Positions 23,001 to 34,330 of a DNA stretch of 64,000 nucleotides are shown here, in pieces. The translations under genes were made by a program, and so were the position numbers. The notes beneath the pieces are model-generated. The model did not search any database and was not told the DNA's origin. It saw nothing but the letters and a program-made list of their open reading frames with translations. Within the stretch, counting starts at the first letter, position 1. Each line of letters starts with the position of its first letter. Origin of the DNA: Macrostomum hystrix (lineage: Eukaryota > Animalia > Platyhelminthes); contig CATNEN010000001.1 in NCBI GenBank assembly GCA_950097015.1, positions 5,270,001 through 5,334,000 of the forward strand. Reading direction: 5' to 3'.

Positions 23001-26000
23001 TAGAATCAAGTGTTAGACACCATAGAATCAAGTGTTAGACACCATAGAAACAAGTGTTAGACACCATAGAATCAAGTGTTAGACACCATATAATCACATG
23101 TTAGACAGCATAGAGCTGCATGAAACTACTAAGTTCGCAGGTAATATTTCAGAGTCAAAAATTGCGCAAAAACAGGTAGTAAAGGATCAGTAGATTAATT
23201 AATTCATAAAAGCTTCTCGCCTTGTTTGTAATAAGAAATAGCTGCCTCAGATAGTTATTCTTAAAAATTATTCGCATTTTTTCTGTGTTACCCAGGAAAA
23301 ACAATGACGTTTGTTGGGGTCATGAACAACCCAGGAATTTAGTGGGGTCATGAACAACCCAGGAACTCAGTGGGTTCATGAACAACCCAGGAATTCAGTG
23401 GGTTCACGAACAACCCAGAAATTCAGTGGTTTCATGAACAACCCAGGAATTCAGTGGGTTCATGAACAACCCAGGAATTCAGTGGTTAATGAACAACCCA
23501 GGAACTCAGTGGGTTCATAAACAACCCAGGAACTCAGTGGGTTCATGAACAACCCAGGAACTCAGTGGGTTCATGAACAACCCAGGAATTCAGTGGGTTC
23601 ATGAACAAACCAGGAGTTCAGTGGGTTCATGAACAAACCAGGAATTCAGTGGTTCATGAACAAACCAGGAATTCAGTGGGTTCATGAACAACCCAGGAAT
23701 TCAGTGGTTCATGAACAACCCAGGAATTCAGTGGGTTCATGAACAACCCAGGAACTCAGTGGGTTCATGAACAACCCAGGAATTCAGTGGTTCATGAACA
23801 ACCCAGGAACTCAGTGGGGTCATGAACAACCCAGGAACTCAGTGGTTCATGAACAACCCAGGAATTCAGTGGTTTCATGAACAACCCAGGAATTCAGTGG
23901 GTTCATGAACAACCCAGGAACTCAGTGGGTTCACGAACAACCCAGGAATTCAGTGGTTCATGAACAACCCAGGAATTCAGTGGGTTCATGAACAACCCAG
24001 GAATTCAGTGGTTCATGAACAACCCAGGAATTCAGTGGGTTCATGAACAACCCAGGAATTCAGTGGGGTCATGAACAACCCAGGAATTCAGTGGGTTCAT
24101 GAACAACCCAGGAATTCAGTGGGTTCATGAACAACCCAGGAATTCAGTGGGGTCATGAACAAACCAGAAATTCAGTGGGTTCATGAACAACCCAGGAATT
24201 CAGTGGGTTCATGAACAACCCAGGAATTCAGTGGGTTCATGAACAACCCAGGAATTCAGTGGGGTCATGAACAACCCAGGAACTCAGTGGGGTCATGAAC
24301 AACCCAGGAATTTAGTGGGTTCATGAACAACCCAGGAACTCAGTGGGTTCATGAACAACCCAGGAACTCAGTGGGGTCATGAACAACCCAGGAATTCAGT
24401 GGTTCATGAACAACCCAGGAACTCAGTGGGTTCATGAACAACCCAGGAATTCAGTGGGTTCATGAACAACCCAGGAATTCAGTGGGGTCATGAACAACCC
24501 AGGAACACAGTGGGTTCATGAACAACCCAGGAACTCAGTGGGGTCATGAACAACCCAGGAATTCAGTGGGATCATGAACAACCCAGGAACTCAGTGGGTT
24601 CATGAACAACCCAGGAACTCAGTGGGGTCATGAACAACCCAGGAATTCAGTGGTTCATGAACAACCCAGGAACTCAGTGGGTTCATGAACAACCCAGGAA
24701 TTCAGTGGGTTCATGAACAACCCAGGAATTCAGTGGGGTCATGAACAAACCAGGAATTCAGTGGGTTCATGAACAACCCAGGAATTCAGTGGGTTCATGA
24801 ACAACCCAGGAATTCAGTGGGTTCATGAACAACCCAGGAATTCAGTGGGTTCATGAACAACCCAGGAACTCAGTGGGTTCATGAACAACCCAGGAACTCA
24901 GTGGGGTCATGAACAACCCAGGAATTCAGTGGGTTCATGAACAACCCAGGAACTCAGTGGGTTCATGAACAACCCAGGAACTCAGTGGGGTCATGAACAA
25001 CCCAGGAATTCAGTGGTTCATGAACAACCCAGGAACTCAGTGGGTTCATGAACAACCTAGGAATTCAGTGGGTTCATGAACAACCCAGGAATTCAGTGGG
25101 GTCATGAACAAACCAGGAATTCAGTGGGTTCATGAACAACCCAGGAATTCAGTGGGTTCATGAACAACCCAGGAATTCAGTGGGTTCATGAACAACCCAG
25201 GAATTCAGTGGGGTCATGAACAACCCAGGAACTCAGTGGGTTCATGAACAACCCAGGAACTCAGTGGGGTCATGAACAACCCAGGAATTCAGTGGGTTCA
25301 TGAACAACCCAGGAATTCAGTGGTTCATGAACAACCCAGGAACTCAGTGGGTTCATGAACAACCCAGGAATTCAGTGGGTTCATGAACAACCCAGGAATT
25401 CAGTGGGGTCATGAACAACCCAGGAACTCAGTGGGTTCATGAACAACCCAGGAACTCAGTGGGGTCATGAACAACCCAGGAATTCAGTGGGTTCATGAAC
25501 AACCCAGGAATTCAGTGGGTTCATGAACAACCCTTGTAGTGATTAGCGGCATGAAAAACCCAGGAATTCAGTAAAGGTCACGAACAACCCTGGAATTCAC
25601 TGGGATCCTGCACCCTAGCGCAGTTTTCCATAGCTAAAGGCAAAAGCCTGCATTTGACATTTGAAGGCCGAATTAAATCAAGAAAGTCAGTTTCTGTCAT
25701 ATTGTCACTTGCATTCCTGATCGCTTTGGAATTGCAGTGTCAATAAATTGTAGGCACATCTTTCCAGGAATTTTCGCTAATTAACTCAAGCCCGCATTGT
25801 CGCCAGTCTATTTTTAGCTATTCAAATAAAATTCTGAAGCCGTGGTCTACATGCTGACATCGAGTTGAGATCTATGTGAGTAGGTCTATGTGAGTAGGTC
25901 TTGGCTAAATACGTTCTGGTCAACTTTGCGTGAATACATAGTTTCAATGTTTATAGAAATCAGTTAATTGTCACTATGGAAACTCACCAGCGACAAAGAA

Positions 26001-26249
26001 TCCTAGAATAAATGACAATGGGATCGATTTGTCCATTTCGTTGCAAAATTTCACAACTAATTCAAAAGTTTGCCTACTGTATGGCGACATGAAGCACCTG
26101 TAGCTGATACTAAATGCGTAATATATCAATAGGTAGAAAAATAAATCAGTGTACACCAGTTTGTATAGGCTGCCTTTCCATAGCAACAATATTTTGATGA
26201 AAACGCCGCCCTGACTGCTTGAAATTGTTTCACTATATGAAACGGTCAT
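17006..26249 (-). CDS. BEST: Bestrophin family chloride channel, paralogue B (~512 aa); exons 25988-26249, 21822-22063, 18766-18992, 18031-18130, 17753-17941, 17563-17670, 17006-17416
   Basis: MTVSYS...[68 protein letters not shown]; same intron positions and phases as paralogue A. Confidence 0.93.
18197..18717 (+). mobile_element. tRNA-headed, GC-rich Pol III-like unit (SINE family B or ncRNA) in bestrophin B intron 3
   Basis: Head GAGCGGCTAACGTCGCTGCCTCGCACTCCAAAGGACGCTAGTTCGATTC homologous to the family A head; B box at 18249-18258; ends in T9 at 18709-18717. Confidence 0.65.
19962..20280 (-). mobile_element. SINE family A copy in bestrophin B intron 2
   Basis: Reverse complement of the family A sequence including head, hairpin, 3' module and AT-rich tail. 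Confidence 0.83.
21135..21720. repeat. 16-bp minisatellite (GGGAGAGATGAGACAC)n without MITE termini
   Basis: Same unit as inside the hAT MITE; no TIRs seen in the flanks. Confidence 0.95.
22372..23114. repeat. 22-bp minisatellite (TGTTAGACACCATAGAATCAAG)n
   Basis: Directly visible. Confidence 0.96.
23315..25610. repeat. 28-bp minisatellite (CATGAACAACCCAGGAATTCAGTGGGTT)n
   Basis: Directly visible, ~2.2 kb. Confidence 0.97.
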
Positions 26250-26964
26250 GATGTACTCGTAGTTCAATAAAGTCTGATTTGAAAATTTAATATTTATATT
26301 CTAGTGTCAATTTTTTCTGCTCAGAATCGACAGAACTGCTCAATATAGGCGTAGTACTCAAAAGCTGACAGACTAATTTCATTGGCTCAATTTAATTCGC
26401 TGGTCTCAAAATACAATATTTATTTCGACAGCGAGAGATTGAGAGAGAAAGAGACGATGTAGAAAGAGAAAGAGAGAGAGAATAGAACAAGAGCGAAGCT
26501 ATTCGCCGCGTTGCCAATGACAACAAGGACGCCATAAGTCCCTCGCCATTGGCCAATTGCAGTCGACATTTTTTTAACAAAAACATATGAATCGAAACAG
26601 TCCAAGATTTGCCCAATGATAAGGGTAATGATAAGGGTTAGCAGTGAAGCTTTCCTTTGTTGACTAGTCAGGTTGAATCTTGATGCTCAGATATGCGATA
26701 TGAATGCGGGATTTTACAGGAACACAACTTCACATGAGCACAGGAAATTATAATCTATGTTGAGCGAACAAGCTGAATGAGGTTGGAAAATGTTTAAAAA
26801 TTATCTAGAGGCATGTTACGAGCTAAACAGCTTTTACTCGACTGCCGTAGAGAATGCCTTCATAGATGAAATAAAAATGTATAATGTGAAAGTTAAATCA
26901 GTACCATAAAGTGTCCTTTTATGATCCCACTGATATTTATTTGACTTTGAGACCGTCTTTGTGC

Positions 26965-26970
26965 CTGTCA

Positions 26971-27026
<56 letters not shown>

Positions 27027-27039
27027 GTCTGTCTGTCTC

Positions 27040-27098
<59 letters not shown>

Positions 27099-27511
27099 GT
27101 CTGTCTGTCTGTCTCTCTGTCTGTCTGTCTGTCTGTCTCTCTGTCTGTCTGTCTCTCTGTCTGTCTGTCTGTCTCTCTGTCTGTCTGTCTCTCTGTCTGA
27201 CTAAGGGACTGTCTTAGTGTCTTAGTGTCTTAGTGTCTTAGTGTCTGTCTGTCTCTCTGTCTTACTTTTCGACTGTCTTAGTGTCTGTCTGTATTAGTGT
27301 CTGTCTGTCTTAGTGTCTGCCTGTCTGTCTCTCTGTCTTACTTTTCGACTGTTTTAGTGTCTGTCTGTCTTAGTGTCTGTCTGTCTTAGTGTCTGTCTGT
27401 CTCTCTGTCTGTCTGTCTGTCTGTCTCTCTGTCTGACTAGGGGACTGTCTTAGTGTCTTAGTGTCTTAGTGTCTTAGTGTTTTAGTGTCTGTCTGTCTGT
27501 CTGTCTGTCTC

Positions 27512-27546
<35 letters not shown>

Positions 27547-27795
27547 GTCCGTCTGTCTGTCTCTCTGTCTGACTAAGGGACTGTCTTAGTGTCTTAGTGT
27601 CTTAGTGTCTTAGTGTCTGTCTGTCTGCCTGTCTGTCTGTCTGTCTGTCTCTCTGTCTTACTTTTCGACTGTCTTAGTGTCTGTCTGTCTTAGTGTCTGT
27701 CTCTCTGTCTGTCTGTCTGTCTGTCTCTCTGTCTGTCTGTCTGTCTGTCTCTCTGTCTGACTAAAGGACTGTATTGGTGTCTGTCTGTCGGTCTC

Positions 27796-27830
<35 letters not shown>

Positions 27831-27885
27831 GTCTAACTAAAGGACTGTATTGGTGTCTGTCTGTCTCTCTCTGTCTGTCTGTCAG
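26965..27885. repeat. Compound (CTGT)n microsatellite with CTAAGGGACTGTCTTAGTGT modules
   Basis: Directly visible. Confidence 0.95.
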
Positions 27886-29119
27886 TTTTAGTGACTGTCA
27901 GTCTGTATTTTCGTATTACAACTGAGAATGCCGAATGCGCAATTATCGTATTTCGTATCAAGCATTTGTACGCATCTGAGGCACGGCGGGTGCATTTAAA
28001 CGCGACAAGTAAACTAGCGTAAATAAGGCAGACAAAAACTGCTCCACAGAGAACAATTGACATGCCGTATTTTTTAGACTGCTCACTAATAATAGGGAAG
28101 AACAATGAATAGCTTCTCAGAATATAGGGGATCAGGTGGCAAGTCTTTAACCATTGTGCTGCATCGCTTATAGCTCCTTACCTGCCTGTGCCATATGGTT
28201 ATCGCTGGCTCAGCACAAACTACATGTAAGAAATAATGCAACTGAGACATTGCATGCACTGTCATTTTATTTTTGTTAATATTATTAGAGATATTGTTAG
28301 AACGAGTAATAGCTTCTGCTCTGCGAGAAGACACGTGATACAATCACTATTTTTATCAGCGATATGACTGACTCAAAATTAGTCAATTGAGACTGCTCAA
28401 CCTTACTCAAGTAGGTCAATATAAACAGCAATATATCGGCATGATTTATTTATTTCATTCAATTATTGTAACTGCAAAGATATTCTGCATTAAATGATGC
28501 TCTTAGTGTTTTGCCTGCATTATCTTTCTCACTACTAGCTTGTCAGTCTTGTTTCGCTTTGACATAGTAATCCTGTTAACACGCACACACGCTAAATCTA
28601 AAGCTAGCGAACATTGTAGTACATTCCAGGTAGCTAGAAAAAAACTACAATTTTGCGTGCGTTCAGTTCGGGTAAGAAAATATTTCGCCTAGAAAAATGC
28701 TGCAGGAAAAAATCTTTCTCCAAGTCATTACACTTTGGCTTGGTGAAAAGGGCTAGAATAGAAGCAGAAAAAAATAAATATTCGCTTACACTTCGACCTA
28801 TTCACAGAAAAATCTTTTCTTTATGGTTAGCTGCCTGAATAATTACACCGAATGTCTGAATGCGCTTACTTCTCTAGTGTGTGCTGTAGCTAATTTGTCA
28901 TCTCAAACTCTACAACTGCCAACGAAATTAAAACGAATGAATGCTTTTACTTGAAGGCTAAAAAATTATCTTAATAATTATTAATAAATTACACTAAACA
29001 TACACTAAAATACACTGTCTGAAAAACAAGAGAACAGTGTGTCTGCTTACTTTTTTGTAAATAAGTCGCGTGACTTGCATATATTGGAGTGTTTATTGTG
29101 TCTGATTGTCCATTACACG

Positions 29120-32040
29120 GAATCTTGTGTCTTTGATTGTCTGTCCATCAAGCAAGTTTTTGTGTCTTTGATTGTCTGTCCATCAAGCGGGTTCTTGTGT
29201 CTTTGATTGTCTGTCCATCAAGCGGGTTCTTGTGTCTTTTATTGCCTGTCCATTAAGTGGATTCCTGAGTCTTTGAATGCCTGCCCATTAAGTGGATTCT
29301 TGAGTCTTTGAATGCCTGTCCATTAAGTGGATTCTTGAGACTTTGAATGCCTGTCCATTAAGTGGGTTCTTGAGTCTTTGAATGCCTGTCCATTAAGTGG
29401 ATTCTTGAGTCTTTGAATGCCTGTCCATTAAGTGGGTTCTTGATTCTTTGAATGCCTGTCCATTAAGTGGATTCTTGAGTCTTTGAATGCCTGTCCATCA
29501 AGTGGATTCTTGAGTCTTTGATTGTCTGTCCATCAAGCGATTTCTTGAGTCTTTGAATGCCTGTCCATCAAGTGGATTCTTGTGTCTTTGATTGTCTGTC
29601 CATCAAGCGGGTTCTTGTGTCTTTGATTGTCTGTCCATCAAGCGGGTTCTTGTGTCTTTGATTGTCTGTCCATCAAGCAAGTTTTTGTGTCTTTGATTGT
29701 CTGTCCATCAAGCGGATTCTTGAGTCTTTGATTGCCTGTCCATTAAGTGGATTCCTGAGTCTTTGAATGCCTGTCCATTAAGTGGATTCTTGAGTCTTTG
29801 AATGCCTGTCCATTAAGTGGGTTCTTGAGTCTTTGAATGCCTGTCCATTAAGTGGATTCTTGAGTCTTTGAATGCCTGTCCATTAAGTGGGTTCTTGAGT
29901 CTTTGAATGCCTGTCCATTAAGTGGATTCTTGAGTCTTTGAATGCCTGTCCATCAAGTGGATTCTTGAGTCTTTGATTGTCTGTCCATCAAGCGATTTCT
30001 TGAGTCTTTGATTGCCTGTCCATCAAGTGGATTCTTGTGTCTTTGATTGTCTGTCCATCAAGCGGGTTCTTGTGTCTTTGATTGTCTGTCCATCAAGCGG
30101 GTTCTTGTGTCTTTGATTGTCTGTCCATCAAGCAAGTTTTTGTGTCTTTGATTGTCTGTCCATCAAGCAGATTCTTGAGTCTTTGATTGCCTGTCCATTA
30201 AGTGGATTCCTGAGTCTTTGAATGCCTGTCCATTAAGTGGATTCTTGAGTCTTTGAATGCCTGTCCATTAAGTGGGTTCTTGAGTCTTTGAATGCCTGTC
30301 CATTAAGTGGATTCTTGAGTCTTTGAATGCCTGTCCATTAAGTGGGTTCTTGAGTCTTTGAATGCCTGTCCATTAAGTGGATTCTTGAGTCTTTGAATGC
30401 CTGTCCATCAAGTGGATTCTTGAGTCTTTGATTGTCTGTCCATCAAGCGATTTCTTGAGTCTTTGATTGCCTGTCCATCAAGTGGATTCTTGTGTCTTTG
30501 ATTGTCTGTCCATCAAGCGGGTTCTTGTGTCTTTGATTGTCTGTCCATCAAGCGGGTTCTTGTGTCTTTGATTGTCTGTCCATCAAGCAAGTTTTTGTGT
30601 CTTTGATTGTCTGTCCATCAAGCGGATTCTTGAGTCTTTGATTGCCTGTCCATTAAGTGGATTCCTGAGTCTTTGAATGCCTGTCCATTAAGTGGATTCT
30701 TGAGTCTTTGAATGCCTGTCCATTAAGTGGGTTCTTGAGTCTTTGAATGCCTGTCCATTAAGTGGATTCTTGAGTCTTTGAATGCCTGTCCATTAAGTGG
30801 GTTCTTGAGTCTTTGAATGCCTGTCCATTAAGTGGATTCTTGAGTCTTTGAATGCCTGTCCATCAAGTGGATTCTTGAGTCTTTGATTGTCTGTCCATCA
30901 AGCGATTTCTTGAGTCTTTGATTGCCTGTCCATCAAGTGGATTCTTGAGTCTTTGATTGTCTGTCCATCAAGCGGGTTCTTGTGTCTTTGATTGTCTGTC
31001 CATCAAGCGGATTCTTGAGTCTTTGATTGCCTGTCCATCAAGCGATTTCTTGAGTCTTTGATTGCCTGTCCATCAAGTGGATTCTTGAGTCTTTGATTGT
31101 CTGTCCATCAAGCGGGTTCTTGTGTCTTTGACTGTCTGTCCATCAAGTGGATTCTTGAGTCGTTGATTGCCTGTCCATCAAGCGGGTTCTTGTGTCTTTG
31201 ATTGTCTGTCCATCAAGTGGATTCTTGTGTCTTTGATTGTCTGTCCATCAAGTGGGTTCTTGTGTCTTTGACTGTCTGTCCATCAAGCGATTTCTTGAGT
31301 CTTTGATTGCCTGTCCATCAAGTGGGTTCTTGAGTCTTTGACTGTCTGTCCATCAAGCGATTTCTTGAGTCTTTGATTGCCTGTCCATCAAGTGGATTCT
31401 TGAGTCGTTGATTGCCTGTCCATCAAGCGGATTCTTGAGTCTTTGACTGTCTGTCCATCAAGCGATTTCTTGAGTCTTTGATTGCCTGTCCATCAAGTGG
31501 ATTCTTGAGTCGTTGATTGTCTGTCCATCAAGCGATTTCTTGAGTCTTTGATTGCCTGTCCATCAAGTGGATTCTTGAGTCGTTGATTGCCTGTCCATCA
31601 AGCGGATTCTTGAGTCTTTGACTGTCTGTCCATCAAGCGGATTCTTGAGTCTTTGAATGCCTGTCCATCAAGTGGATTCTTGAGTCTTTGATTGTCTGTC
31701 CATCAAGCGATTTCTTGAGTCTTTGATTGCCTGTCCATCAAGTGGATTCTTGAGTCTTTGATTGTCTGTCCATCAAGCGGGTTCTTGTGTCTTTGATTGT
31801 CTGTCCATCAAGCGGATTCTTGAGTCTTTGATTGCCTGTCCATCAAGCGATTTCTTGAGTCTTTGATTGCCTGTCCATCAAGTGGATTCTTGAGTCTTTG
31901 ATTGTCTGTCCATCAAGCGGGTTCTTGTGTCTTTGAAAGCCTGTCCATCAAGTGGATTCTTGAGTCTTTGATTGCCTGTCCATCAAGTGGATTCTTGAGT
32001 CTTTGATTACCTGTCCATCAAGTGGATTCTCCTGTCCATC
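29120..32040. repeat. 35-bp minisatellite with a 455-bp higher-order repeat
   Basis: Unit CTTTGATTGTCTGTCCATCAAGCGGGTTCTTGTGT; variant AGCAAGTTTT recurs at 29676, 30131 and 30586. Confidence 0.96.
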
Positions 32041-33108
32041 TGATTTTCTCTTCTAATTTTTCCTTTGTATTATATCTACTAAGCAATGCAAATAATCATA
32101 AGAACTCAAGTCCATAATTTTTAGTTAGTTTTTTCTCTCCCGAAATACGACTTCTGGGTAATAAACGTTTTTATAGTTATATTGTAAATCAGTGTTATTA
32201 TAAAAGTGACTTAACTTTAACCCAGTTGTTAAGTTGCGTATAATATTAGTTGCAAATATCAAACTACGAGTATATATTGTTGAATATACATTTTAATGGA
32301 TATATAAAGGCTTTACTTTCAACAGTCCTAAAATGTTCAAAACATGCAAAAGCTATAAAAGCAAAAATAGATTAATATTTTTAGCATGCAAATTATCCAT
32401 CATAATAAATTAAGGCAAAGCTTGAATTAAATATCAGCCAGATTAGTAAGATTAGGAAAAAATGTTGTAAAGGCATTATAGCTTCAATTATCAATTGATA
32501 TTAGATTTTCAAAAATGTCAAAATATTAGATGTCGAAATAAAAAAAACTTTCACTAACAAATAAAAAAGCGGTGTACATGTTCGCATATCACTACTGGAT
32601 ATTTAGCGGCACGATAAGTAGTACGGTAAATAAAAAATCATAGCGCAAATGTATGAATTAGGGCATGCAGCTGCTAAGAAGCAAAAATGTAAAAACAGGA
32701 AAAGGCTGTAAAATCTGATGCGCACTACTCATGAAGTTATTATAGTAGTATCATATGACAGTTTTATTTGCTATAATGAAAGCAAGTTATTAATATATTA
32801 CAAAAATATAGTGAATCAGAAAAAAAATTAATAGAAGCAAATATTTTACAGAAACGACGCAACTACCATATGCATTATTGTTTTATAGTGAAATAAAATA
32901 GCTTGTTAAAACGATAAATAATACCAAACGAAGCATAATACACACAATTGAATACCTAAAATGGCGGATTTTAATAATGTTAGGAAATAACACATTAATT
33001 AAAATAAGAAAACTACATCGCAAAGTTTTTTATACTTTATTTGCTAAAGGAAAACGCGAGACAAGCAAGGCAAAAGCAGATTTTATAGATATCAGTGTCT
33101 CAAAAAAC

Positions 33109-34207
33109 AAACAGACTCAACTGGGTCAATCTAGACTGCTCAACCTGACTCAAATGGGTCAATCTAGACTGCTGAAACAGACTCAAATGGGTCAATCTAG
33201 ACTGCTCAACCTGACTCAAATGGGTCAATCTAAACTGCTGAAACAGACTCAAATGGGTCAATCTAGACTGCTCAACCTGACTCAAATGGGTCAATCTAGA
33301 CTGCTCAAACAGACTCAAATGGGTCAATCTAGACTGCTCAAACTGACTCAAATGGGTCAATCTAGACTGCTCAAACAGACTCAAATGGGTCAATCTAGAC
33401 TGCTCAAACTGACTCAAATGGGTCAATCTAGACTGCTCAACCTGACTCAAATGGGTCAATCTAAACTGCTCAAACTGACTCAAATGGGTCAATCTAGACT
33501 GCTCAACCTGACTCAAATGGGTCAATCTAGACTGCTCAAACAGACTCAAATGGGTCAATCTAGACTGCTCAACCTGACTCAAATGGGTCAATCTAAACTG
33601 CTGAAACAGACTCAAATGGGTCAATCTGGACTGCTTAACCTGACTCTAATGGGTCAATCTAGACTGCTCAAACTGACTCAAATGGGTCAATCTAGACTGC
33701 TCAAACTGACTCAAATGGATCAATCTAGACTGCTCAAACTGACTCAAATGGGTCAATCTAGACTGCTCAAACTGACTCAAATGAGTCAATCTAGACTGCT
33801 CAAACAGACTCAAATGGGTCAATCTAAACTGCTCAAACTGACTCAAATGGGTCAATCTAGACTGCTCAACCTGACTCAAATGGGTCAATCTAGATTGCTC
33901 AAACTGACTCAAATGGGTCAATCTAGACTGCTCAACCTGACTCAAATGGGTCAATCTAGACTGCTCAACCTGACTCAAATGGGTCAATCTAGATTGCTCA
34001 AACTGACTCAAATGGGTCAATCTAGACTGCTCAACCTGACTCAAATGGGTCAATCTAGACTGCTCAAACAGACTCAAATGGTTCAATCTAGACTGCTCAA
34101 ACAGACTCAAATGGGTCAATCTAGACTGCTCAAACTGACTCAAATGGGTCAATATGGACTTCTCAACCTGACTCAAATGGGTCAATATAGAATTTTTAAT
34201 CTGACAC
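33109..34207. repeat. 30-bp minisatellite (GACTCAAATGGGTCAATCTAGACTGCTCAA...)n just downstream of the talin stop
   Basis: Directly visible. Confidence 0.96.
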
Positions 34208-34330
34208 AATAAAGTTTAATTTGAGCACACTGTAATGCACAGAAATCTACATGAGCAAAACAAGCGTGAAAAAATATCGTTTTTTAAAACCAGTACCACC
34301 AATAAAAAGTGTCCTAACCAATAGATCGAG

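Noticed and set aside
22372-25610. CRISPR-like appearance of regularly spaced repeats (also other 23-38 bp arrays)
   Set aside because: Units are head-to-tail with no unique spacers, there are no cas genes, and the context is eukaryotic introns.
32977-34212. 411-aa ORF of QMGQSRLLKL repeats
   Set aside because: By-product of a stop-free 30-bp minisatellite that is open on both strands; no independent coding evidence.
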